Below are positions 25,962-37,200 of a stretch of 64,000 bases of DNA, one piece after another. The notes under the pieces are model-generated. The model was not told where the DNA came from. It saw only the letters and a program-made list of their open reading frames with translations, and made no database searches. The stretch's first letter is position 1, and every line of letters starts with the position of its first letter. Position numbers and translations under genes: made by a program. This DNA is from Cirrosporium novae-zelandiae (taxonomy: Eukaryota), in the NCBI GenBank assembly GCA_026023565.1, contig JAPETS010000007.1, positions 372,001-436,000 on the forward strand, written 5' to 3'.

Positions 25962-26993
25962 TTATGGCCCACTAAAGGGACCCAAGAAGCCATAATCAAG
26001 ACGGAGCATCTCGAGAACGATTGCCGCATTTGCAGGGCCAAAGACGTCAACTGCCGCCAGAGTTCCAGACCACTTCTTGTTTGTGATGTCGCTGCAATGT
26101 TCAGAAGCTACGTCGAGGTACTGCTTGAAAGTTGCCCACTCATTGCCCGGATTATTTTTAGTCACGTTCTCTAAGATTATCCCACTATAGAGTGATGAGT
26201 TCTTAGTGGCTGTAAGGGCTATCGTCTGCTTGCAGTTGCGTTTCAAGTCGGTGATGTATTGCCTCTGGACTTCGATATCGTCCCTGGTACCGACGGCGTT
26301 GGTATGACCGGCAACAAAGTAATCAAAATCGTACTCAAGTATATCATCATGCGCGTCATAAATACCCAGGGCGTTCTCCGCCACGCCTAGTCCATCGAAG
26401 GGGCCCCAGCCCGGAGTAAGCACGTCAACGAGCATCAAGATCCGCTGCTGGGGCGCGAAAATGAAGATGTTACCGGCTGAGTGAGCAAGCCCCTTGTATG
26501 ATAGCTCAAGAGTTTGATTGCCGACAACAAGTGTCATCTGAGTGTCAAATGTGACCGTTGGGGGTGGCCGGTTAGGATCGTTCATCCTAGCCAACAAATG
26601 GGCGGTGGCTTGATGGGCAACAATTTCCACGCCGTTCGACCCCCAGATATAAGCACCAGCAATGTGGTCCGCATGTGCGTGACTGTAAATAATATGCGTG
26701 ATTGGAAGAGAGCTGATATTCCGGACAGCCCAGTACATTTTGCTGGCCATTGTCGGAGGTGTGTCGATCACTAGAATACCCGTCTCGTGAATGAAGAACA
26801 TAGCCTGATCACTCCCATCAGTGACCATGTAAGCTCCGCCCTCGAGCATCTGTGTGCGGTATCCGAGGTTTGCGGATATGGGGGGCCCAACTGCGGTTTC
26901 TGGGATGGGATACCACTTTAATGCCGAGCACACCATAACGGTCGTCGAGAGCACAATCAAGAGACTCGGTTTTGCAAAATTGGCAAACCACAT
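25962..26993 (-). CDS. Secreted metallo-beta-lactamase-fold hydrolase, intronless
   Basis: Signal-peptide-like N-terminus, VIDTPP, HxHxDH motif YSHAHADH, then AHSAGN, MLVD and AGH metal-ligand positions. Confidence 0.9.
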   Translation of the reverse strand: MWFANFAKPSLLIVLSTTVMVCSALKWYPIPETAVGPPISANLGYRTQMLEGGAYMVTDGSDQAMFFIHETGILVIDTPPTMASKMYWAVRNISSLPITHIIYSHAHADHIAGAYIWGSNGVEIVAHQATAHLLARMNDPNRPPPTVTFDTQMTLVVGNQTLELSYKGLAHSAGNIFIFAPQQRILMLVDVLTPGWGPFDGLGVAENALGIYDAHDDILEYDFDYFVAGHTNAVGTRDDIEVQRQYITDLKRNCKQTIALTATKNSSLYSGIILENVTKNNPGNEWATFKQYLDVASEHCSDITNKKWSGTLAAVDVFGPANAAIVLEMLRLDYGFLGPFSGP

Positions 26994-27588
26994 ATTTGTG
27001 AGACGAAGAAAAATTATTCAAGATAGTTTATATATGGCTCCTATGATGTTTGAATGATTTGAATGAACACGCATATTGAACACTTATATATATATTTTGG
27101 AGTAAATCTCGAAGCCATGCATCCCGCTGTTGCCTTTACGTTGCTTACGCGAAAGATGGAAGTTTTGCATCAGCAAAGCAATCAAGGTACGATTATCGTA
27201 ACGTAAGCAACGACAGCAACTTGGGGTTGAGAGATAAGACAGGATAAAGGCCATGAGATAGACTAAGAAGCCATGGATATACTTGAGATGGCCGCGAGTG
27301 TTGGGTATTCACTAGTATTACCCTACACTTTAAGGGTAGTGATGATTTTTTTACCACTGCCTTGACCTTCAAATATCTTAATAACACTACATAGTAGTAT
27401 CACTTAACACTAAAATGGAAATCCCTGGTTTAATATTGCCCTACGAGGTATTGCTATACTTAGTCGTCCTTGTTAATAAACGTCAAAATATTATTGGCCA
27501 GTTATTCATTCATTTAAACTACATTTCATTATCCTCTGCCTCATTTCCTTTACTATATAACCTAAACCATATTTACGCGCTATCTCTG

Positions 27589-28846
27589 CTACCATTCAGA
27601 CAACTGTTCAACGTGTCCAAAGAACTGCACCTCTTCCCCATCCCATACCCCTTCACCTTGACCATACGCTTCGCTGATATTATATCCTTGCGTACCTGGC
27701 AAAGGTGACACATCCCCATTTATGACTATCTGTTTAATATTAAGACTTGCATTTCGTGCGGACAAGCCAAAAACGAAATTATTAAAATATTTTTTCCCAC
27801 TAAAGTTACTTGTCCAGATATCGGACGCGTTAGAGGTGGAGTCCACTGGAACCACTTCGTGGAGACCATTGGGGTGCCAGACTGTTGCAAAAGCAGGCAC
27901 GCCGTAAGGGACCTCCATAGTGGGACCCACAATCCAGGAATGTATCATGAGGCCGTTGGAGAGGTAAAGCTAAAAGGCGTAATACCCTTTAGAGAGGTCG
28001 AATATACCCCATTCACGCTCAAAAAAGCCGAAGGATTCATCATAGTCTTCTGCAAGGCCTCTCCACCGATCGTGATTGTACCATTGAGACGCATTGTAGG
28101 ATTACCCTATGTGAGAGAGGTGGTTTGTCAGCAACAAGAATTTTCGCCTCGAGTAAACGTGCATACTCAGTACCAAGACTATCCTGGAACGACAGTGCGA
28201 AAGTCATTCTCACTGCTTGGAAGTGTGACGCCACCACTTCCACCGATGTACAAATTCTTTCCCGTCGGCGTCAAATGCAGATCCACCGTTACTCCCGCAT
28301 AGTCTGTCGTCAAATAGAGGTCTGTGTAGTTGTCCGATCCGGCTGGACTGTTGAGATTCTTAATTGTCGAGCGAAAGTTGAGGGTTTCATTGCTCCCAGT
28401 GCCTGGAGCAAATACGGTTGCCCCAATTGCTATGAGGTTAGAAAGGTCGTTTAATGAGAATATTCCAGTCGTTTCGCTGAGATAAAAGTTGGGGGCGAGT
28501 GTTACATGGTATTTACGGCCATCAACAGTTGTCAGCCAGAAGATGAAAAAGTAATTTTTGACATGACTTAGTTAATGAATACTCTTACGCCATGGCCTGG
28601 GAGAAATGGGGCACCTGTTCAAGTTTTCTGGATTGGGGTCAAGCCATGCCATTGTTTTACGAACATCATAGCGAGCCACATGGGTCTTGGGGGGCTCAGT
28701 TAGCTAATTCACTGTCTAAATGCAAGGAGACATACCCCATCGTTATCGATCGTGCTAGGCGCGAAAGATGGTGGTGCAAAAGAAGGAATTTCCAGACCAC
28801 TGACTGGATTCAGCAAAGCCAAAAAGGCAACAATAATAGGCCACAT
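27589..28846 (-). pseudogene. Disrupted secreted AttH/CrtC-like (kievitone hydratase-like) protein gene
   Basis: Reconstructed as MWPIIVAFLALLNPVSG (signal)...NYFFIFWLTTVDGRKYH...LYIGGSGG...PG*SWY*|GNPTMRLNGTITIGGE...SFGFFEREWG...YYAF*LYLSNG...GYNISEAY...GHVEQ. Stops at 28179-28181, 28167-28169 and 27970-27972; -1 frameshift near 28048. The family call is from remembered motifs. Confidence 0.72.
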
Positions 28847-29827
28847 CTTGAAGAGTGTTTGCTTGTCTATGCTTCAGGCATACAAAGACATATATTATTT
28901 TTCATAGACGCACACTCTTTATATAATAGTTTCTTTCACTAAAAGCTTCGGGCGCAAGGGAGCAGTACGAGCCGAAATATATTTATACTCGTTATGAATT
29001 TTAGCAATTCGTATTCGCATTTGTAACATAGCATCTCTGCGAATACGAGTATGCCTGTTTATTCATGCTGATTCATGCCGCCTTATTGGGCCTATTTGAA
29101 CGAAAAGGTCATCGTGGAGCCAAAACAACGGTTAGCGCCAATAAATAAAGAAGCTGCCTTGACATAGCTTATATGCCATACCCTGGGACCCCTAAGTCGC
29201 AGAGAACGGCCCAATTCTAGGCATCTCCATATACAGAGTTCCGATTTTGAGGTCCGTCTGGCTCTCGGGTAAACTTACTTTGCAGTTGAATTTGCAGTTC
29301 CCAGATGCGTCGAGTAAAATGCAGACTCTAGGGCAAGGCAGCAAGATGGTAATGCCATTATAAATATTCGAGACAAAAGGCGTATTCCACAGAGGAAAAA
29401 ATGATGACATGATATAAAAAATCGTAATTACAGAGCAAAGATTGCAAATCTGCGCAGTCGACCGACTTACTTCGGGCGCGATGGTAACGCCGCCTTATGC
29501 TCACGACTCTCCGGGCCAGCCTCGCAGAAAAGGCAGAATGGGAGCAGGTCATGGAGATCAAGACAAGTATAGAAGAGGAGGCAGGTGTAGGATTGAGAGG
29601 TGGCTTAAGCTCTATTGGCAACGTTGCAAACTCAATTGCAGGAGTGAAGAGATTACTGCAGAAGGTGCGTTCATGGCCAAAGAATCTTGAGCATCTGCTA
29701 ACATTTCTTTAAGATGTCTTGTATCTGATGGTTGTCAACATGCCGAGGCAGAAGAAATGAACCACGCCTCGCAGACTGAGGCAATGAATTAATGGTCGTG
29801 CTTCATGTTTCATATACCTGGCTATGG

Positions 29828-31871
29828 CTACATGCCGACCAAGCGCCATCCATCCCCTGTCTCTCTAAGCTGCACAGTAGCAGTGCCTGCAGCTGCTTTG
29901 ACCTCTTTCAAGCTCAATACAGGTCCATAGGATTGTCTGGTATTTGTGTCCAGACCATTAAAAAGCAATGCCAAGGTTGAGCTCTTCCAAACAAGACCAG
30001 GACCATCCAAGCTTGTTTGGATGATGGTAAGGAGGAGGAAAATTATTGTGAGCAGAAGAAGCGCAGCTGGGAGCGCTATCCAGCCCCAGCGGACGTGCAC
30101 GCACGTGGCGTTCTCATAGACTGTGCCATTAGCTGGGCCCATATTATCGCTAATACCATCGCCTTGTCTCCACCGAGCAGTTACCGAGCTAGTCAGACCT
30201 TTCATGAATGTCTGCACGGTATCCAGCGTGGCAGAGCCGTTGTTCCATAAGTTTGCTGCCCAAAGATCACCCTCTGCTCTACGCGTCCAACCACTGAAGT
30301 ACAAACTTTCATTACTCAGGATAGAGGATATCGAGCCAGCCAGGCCCTCTGTGGGCGCATATGGAAGGTAATACACACAATCTTGAGGCCACCATCGCGT
30401 ATAGTTCCATGTGCCTAGGGATCTGTTGGTAAGTTGATCAAATGATGCAGATGTACCGATACGTGGAATAGGTGGATTCCCCCCAGTGATGATTGGAAAG
30501 TGGTTTTCGTCAGAGGGATCAGGAATGCCTTTGCACTCTTCTCATCTACCTGCTCTAATGGTCTTGTTAAGAAGAAGTATGGTGAAGGTATCTAAGTATA
30601 TAGGCCAGACCTCCATACGCTGGCTATTCAAAGCGTGCTCCAGCAGTATGCCGTTCGTAATGTTGGCGCTGTAGGTATTCACAGCTGGAAAGAATTGGCA
30701 TTCGAAGGCTCGGGCTGAGTTGTCCATCTCAGATGAATTGGAGGCCATTAGGAATGAGACGTTAATCAGAAAATTCGACGGGAAATTGGAAGAGTATTCG
30801 TTCCCTGACAGCATTACAGTTGGACCCCCCGAATAATTGTTATATGAGACCCCACTTGGTAGGCTGGTAGTAGCAATCGTGAGGGCATAAGTGCTGTTGT
30901 CAGCGACGTTCGTGGTATTGGTAACGTTCAACGAATACTGTATATCGTGACTGATATCGATACAGCTACTCTCAAATGCGAGGGACAAGAAAGTAGCCCC
31001 GTCTTCCGTCGATGGAAACGTACAGTTGCCTGTCCTGCAGTTGTAAGTAAGAGGCGTAGAAGAGTTCGAGGGTGGGTCAAGCAGTCCAACATATATGGCT
31101 GACTGCATTTGCGCATCGACTTCCGGAGATCCAGTCGGCCTGCCGTAAATGCCATCAGTGTAGTTGTTAGAGAATGGGACAGTCGCTACATCGGAAGGAG
31201 CCATCACTGAGCAGCTGTAGTACTGAATGATCTGTTGCGCGAAAGGATCAACAGCCATTGCTACCAGACTGAGCATAGGGCCGACTACGGCAAGGTCACG
31301 GCCTTTGAGTGTGAAAATGAAAAGGAAGGATCCCCATGGACCTATGTGCTGCTGTTTAGAGAGGAATGCTAAATTGGTGTTATTAGAGCGAACCTCGACT
31401 CGCAAAATCAAATTGTTCTATATGTTTGAGAGGCCGCGACTTCTGGAACCATAGCCATTTCAATTGACTGATGGCTTCCGCGATCGGCATCATCAGACAT
31501 GCTTAGAGAATAGCAGTAAAGATAGCTAGAAGCGTATTGATTGTAATGGCAGAAGGCCATTTCGGAATTGGACGATCTTTGTGCAGCAAGAGTGTGATTA
31601 TGATAGCTGTTAGAGCAAGTGTGGCAACTACAATACTCAGCACTTCCCATAACCATAATCGATGAATCCAGTTAGTCTTCGGGGGCTGGCGGTCTTGCTT
31701 GTCAATTAGTGTGTATGCTGGAGAATGTTCACTGTGCTTCATATGTAGTGAAGAGGGATCATGTGACTTATTTCGGAGCTCCATCAACTCTGTTGAAACT
31801 GGCTTCCGACGAATACGTTGTGAAGAGAAGTCATCATTCAGAGGTCTGCTTTCATCCATCGCGGGGCACAC
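29828..31871 (-). pseudogene. DUF3176-family membrane protein gene with two in-frame premature stops
   Basis: WLWEVLSI...ITINTLLAIFTAIL*ACLMMPIAEAISQLKWLWF...FDFASRG|PWGS...AVDPFAQQ...CRTGNCTF...GR*EEC...CVHVRWGWIALP...WKSSTLALLF. One continuous frame with one intron; TAA at 31503-31505 and TGA at 30542-30544. Confidence 0.82.
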
Positions 31872-32290
31872 CCTTCCTTAGCTGACCAACTTGTAGCGGA
31901 GTCCACGCAGGAAGCCTAGGCTAGTTGTGTTCGACTGCAATAAAGAGAAAGAGAAGTGAGGTCGTCGAGTTCGACAATACCAACCGACTGGCGCACTGGT
32001 TTGGCCCTCAACGCACTCGCACGGCACTATATGAGGCGTCCTCGATTAATAAGGGCAGTCTAGCATTGATTTGTCGAGCAGGCGCCGCAAGGCAGAGTTA
32101 CTAAGCGTCAACCTCTAGCTTAGGAGAGATGCGCTGAGGGGCGTATCCTTTCCTGTGCTTTTGGTTGACGTTGGGGTATAGATCCTAACCCCCCGCACAG
32201 ACCACCTATAATTTTCTTACTATAGATAGTCTCTTAAATAAAAAAATAAAACGTTAAATTAACAATTTTAATAAATCATAAAACCCTATT

Positions 32291-32417
32291 TAATAATAAT
32301 AATAATAATAATGATTATTCATTGTTTTATATCTATATATCGTTTAAAAGCTATGACGGATTTTATTTAGAGGTTTTTAGATATTTTTATATTTTTTTCC
32401 GGGCTTATTTTTAATTA
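32291..32417 (-). mobile_element. LINE 3'-end fragment with RIP-converted tail
   Basis: (TAA)n then TGATTATTCATTGTTTTAT, the reverse complement of the element 3' terminus. Confidence 0.8.
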
Positions 32418-34238
32418 TAATGATGATTATTCATTGTTTTATATATATATATCGCTTAGAAACTATAACGGACTCTATTTAGGGGTTTTGAGGCTTTTTA
32501 TATCTTTTTTCGGGCTTATTTTTAATTAAAATGATAGGGGCTAATTTTTTTGGTTCGATTATATAATTTTTTTTTTTTTAAATTTTCTAGAATTATTTGA
32601 TTTATTTAACCGGATAGTTTTTAACGTTATTTCGGTATCCGAGTTTTATAAATAAATTTATTTATATTTATTTTCGATTTTTAATTCTTGCGTTTTATAT
32701 ATACGTTTATTCCGTTTTTTTATTATAAACCCAATTTTTATATAATATTTAATTTATTTAGATTTTTTTTTTCGTATCCGGATTTTATTTATTTTTAATT
32801 TAAATAAATTTCACGGTTTATTTCTTTATATTTAATTTAAAACTGGGGTTTTTTCACCCCCGTATTATTTAAAAAATATATTTAATTTTTCGAAAATCTT
32901 TAATTTTTTTAATACGAAAATTGGTTTTTTTTATTAATTATATTAAATTACTATTTTTTCCGTTTTTTTATTATTTTTCGTAAATAGGTCCTAATTATTT
33001 TCTACCGCGGATAATGATGATGATGATTATTTATTGTTTTATATTTATATATCGTTTAGAAGTTATAACGGATTTTATTCGGGGGTTTTTAGATTTTTTT
33101 ATATCTTTTTTCGGGTTTATTTTTAATTAAAATAATAGGGGTTATTTTTTTCGTTCGGCTATATAGTTTTCTCTTTTTTTTGGGTTTCCTAGAATTACCT
33201 GATTTATTTAACCGGATAGTTTTTTAACGCTATTTTAGTATTCGTAATCTATAAATTAGCCCACTCGTATTTATTTTCGATTTTTTCAATTTTTATTTAC
33301 GTATACGTTTATCCCGCGTTTTTATTACGGGCCCAGTTTTTATTTAATATTTATTTCTAGGTCGTTTTCCTTCCCGTATCCGGGTTCTATCTATCCTTAA
33401 TCCAGGTACGTCTCACGATTTTTTATTTCGTGTTTGGCCCAGTATTGGGATTTCCCCACCTCCGTATCGCCTAAAAAACGCACCCAATTTTTAGAGAATT
33501 TTCGGTTTTTTAATACGAATACTAGCTTTTTTCTGTCGATTATATTAGGTTATTGGCCCCCCTATGTTTTTATTGTTCCCCGTAAGCGGGCCTTAGCTGC
33601 TCTCTAGCGCGGGTATATTAATATCAAATAGGGTATATCTTGATATAGGGCCCCGTACCACCAGTATTCCGGGGTAGTAGTAGTTTTCGTGCGGTGCATA
33701 TACTCCCCGGTAGCGGTGTGCCCCGTCCTTATTTGATGGAGCCTATCCACCTTCTACCGCGGATATATTAATATTAAATAAAAAATATTTTGATATAAAA
33801 TTTATAGAATAATTTTTTTATTATTTAATTATATAATTAATTATATATTTTTATAATTTATTTTTCGATTATATTACGGATTATATAAATTAATAAAATT
33901 TATTTAATTATTTTATTATTTTTTAATATTATATTTATTTTGGCCGTTTAATTTATTATTTCGTTTTTTAATTAATTAAATATTTAATATATTTATATAT
34001 TATTTATACGATTATTTAATTTTTTTTTAATTTTTTTTTAATTTTTTTTTTTTAATCCGTTTAATTATTATTTTTTTTTCGGGAATTATTTAAATATTTA
34101 AATTTATTTTAATTATTATTTTTAAAATTATTTATATTTTTTAAAATTTTATATTAAATATTTTTTTATTTTAATCAAAATAATATTTTCGTATTATTTA
34201 CGGGGTTTTTTCGATTATTTTTTAAATTATTCCTATTT
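32418..34238 (-). mobile_element. LINE 3' portion, variant A (interrupted by the 33014-33750 insertion)
   Basis: Starts with the tail and 3' terminal motif, and resumes after the second target-site duplication (TSD) copy at 33766. Shares a ~49-bp deletion with 57604-58858. Confidence 0.8.
33014..33750 (-). mobile_element. 5'-truncated LINE copy (~740 bp) with 14-bp TSD
   Basis: TTCTACCGCGGATA at 33000-33013 and 33752-33765. Retains the ORF2 C-terminal QIRTGH...YMHR...PE(C)WW(C)G zinc-finger region. Confidence 0.88.
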
Positions 34239-37200
34239 TGATGATGATGATTATTCATTGTTTTATGTCTATATACCGTTTAGAAACTATAATAGATTCT
34301 ACTCAGGGGTTTTTAGATTTTTTCGTATCTTTTTTCGGGCTTATTTTTAGCTAAGGTGGTGGAGATTATCCCTCTGATTCGGCTATATAGCTTCCCCCCT
34401 TTTTTAGGTTTTTTAGAATCACCTGATTTATTTAACCGGATAGTTTTTTAGCGTTATTTCGGTGTTCGTAATCTATAAATAGGCCTATTCGCATTTATTT
34501 TCGATTTTTTCAGTCTTTGTTCTCGTATACGCTCACCCCGCGTATTTATTACGGACCCCGCTTTTACCCAATATCTATATCGTCCGGGTCTTTATCCCCC
34601 CCGTGTCCGGGTTTTATCCACCCCCAATCCAGGTACGCCTCACGATTTTCCGTTTCGTGTCTGGCCCAGGATTAGGGTTTCCCTATTTCCGTATTACCCA
34701 AAAAACGTATCTAATTTTTAAAAAATCTTCGGTTTTTTAATATAAATATTAGTTTTTTTTTTTCGGTTATACTAGATTATTAGTCTTTTTATTTTTTTAT
34801 TATTTTTTATAATCGGGCTCTAACCGTTTTTTAGCGCGGGTATATTAATATTAAATAAAAAATATTTTAATATAAAACCCCGTATTATTAATATTCCGGG
34901 ATAATAATAATTTTCGTACGATATATATATTTCCCGATAGCGGCGTACCCCGTTTTTATTTAATAAAATTTATTTATTATTTTTTTAAACGCGTATTTTA
35001 ATATCCGATTTTTTTTATATTTCGGATATATTCGATACGATTTATCGAGCGATTTTTTTATTTTTTAATTATATAATTAATTATACGTTTTTATAATTTA
35101 TTTTTCCGTTATATTACGGATTATATAAATTAACGAAATTTATTTAATTATTTTATTATTTTTTAGCGCCGTATTTATTTTAATCGTTTAATTTATTATT
35201 TCGTTTTTTAATATTTTATAATATTTTAAAATTTATTTAATAATAATTTTCGTTTTTTAATCGATTAAATATTTAATATATTCGTATATTTTTTATATAA
35301 TTATTTAATTTTTTTTTAATTTTTTTTTTTCGATCCGTTTAGTAGCCGTTTACGAATTAAATAATATTATTATTTTTTTTTTAGGGATTTTATAATTATT
35401 TAAATACGTTTTAATCGTTATTTATAAAATTATTTACGTTTTCTAAAATTTTATATCGAATATTTTTTTATTTTAATTTAAATAATATTTCCGTATTATT
35501 TATAAAATTTTTTCGATTATTTTTTAAATTATTCCCGTTTTTATTTTATAATTTTTTAATTTAAATCCGTCCGATTAATATACGTTTTTTTAATTTTATA
35601 TTAACGTTTCGTTAAAAATCTATTATTTTAAAAATATTATTATTTTTTTTAAAAATCTATTTTTTTCGATTATTTAAATTTTTTCGATTTTAAAATTCGG
35701 ATTTATTATTTTTTAAATTATTATTATAATTAAATATTAATTTAATATATTTTTTTTAATTTTTTAAATTTATTAAAAAATTTTTAATAATTATTTTTTT
35801 AATTAAACGTTTATATTTTTTATTTTAAACGTTATCGATAATATTAGATTCGTTAAATTTTTTTCAATTTTTTAAAAATACCGAAATCTATATTTTTTTT
35901 ACGCAGTATTTAATATTATATTTATAGAATATATATAAATTTTTTATATAATCGCTATTATTAAAATTATTTTATAGATCCCCGTTATTAATTTAATAAA
36001 TTTATTTAATAATTTTTAAAATTTTATTTAATAACCGGTTTATTTTTTCTATTAAATTTTATATTCGTATATATAGATTAATATTATAATCGATACGGCT
36101 ATTTAACGCGCAAATCCCGTAAATAATCCGTTTCGGTAATATATATATCTAATTACGTTTTCCGTATATCGGATTTTAATTAACCGTTAAACGTAATAAA
36201 TCTAGAAATTAAATTTCCGGTTTAATTATATATTTAACCACCGTATATAATTTTTTATATATTTAACCACCGTATATAATTTTTTTTATATTCGATTAAA
36301 TAATTATCGATTCTAATTTTCGGTTTAATATTTATTTAAATTTAGTATTTACGTAATTTAAAAAAAATTATAATTTTAGTTTTTTAAACGTCGAATTCTA
36401 ATTTAAATTTTTTTTTTATTAGACCGCCGTTTTTATTATTTATTGAATAATTTTCCGGGCTTATTTATTATTTATATAGGTGATCGAGAAATTTACGTCG
36501 TCCACGAATAATAGAGTTTTAATCCTAGAAACCGTTTATTCTACGGCTGCGAATAGCCCGCTGTAATATATTAGAAATAATATTAGGGATACGGATAATT
36601 TTTACGGTACCCCCGTTTCTATATTAATTCGGGGTTATATTTCTCTATCGATTATTAATTCGATATTTCGTTAAATTATAAAATTAGTTATTTATTTAAT
36701 AATATTTTTATCGATTTTTAATTATTCCAGATATTATATTAATTTAGATCGTAATATATAATTAAACGTTTTTTTAACGTTTATAAATAAAATATAAATT
36801 ATTTATTTTCAATTAAATTTTTTTTTATTCGATATATTAAATACGTAAATATATCGATTATATTTCGATTACGTTTCGATCTAAATTAATTTTTATATAA
36901 TTTATTTAGATTTTCGTATATATTTATTAACGCGTTAATTATTATTTTTTCGATTATTTTATTTAAATAATATAATAAATTTATTATTTTATAATTTTTA
37001 ATTAATATTTTATTAATTTTTCCGGATTTAAATAATAATATTTTTTAAATATATTTTTATTACGTCGGGTGATACTTTAACCGGAAATAATATCGGATTA
37101 TTCCCGTTATTTTATAAAAATTCTATTATTATAATATACGGAACGTTCTAAATTAAATTCCGTTATATTTTAAAATTTTATTCGTATTTTATATATATAA

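Noticed and set aside
280..28846. Secondary-metabolite biosynthetic gene cluster
   Set aside because: There is no PKS, NRPS, terpene synthase or DMATS, and housekeeping genes are interspersed.
27589..31871. Premature stops rescued by A-to-I editing or an alternative genetic code
   Set aside because: Several stops would restore to Trp, but the hydratase-like gene also has a frameshift and an apparently lost acceptor. Neighbouring genes use TAA, TAG and TGA as normal stops. RIP leakage is simpler.
32291..32312. (TAA)n as a telomere or independent microsatellite
   Set aside because: It is the RIP-converted (TGA)n LINE tail, contiguous with the element terminus, and is not TTAGGG.
32291..34260. 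Recurrent TGATTATTCATTGTTTTAT motif as CRISPR repeats or LTRs
   Set aside because: The context is eukaryotic and spacing is irregular. The motif marks only one end of each element and is followed by a simple-repeat tail, as in LINE 3' ends.
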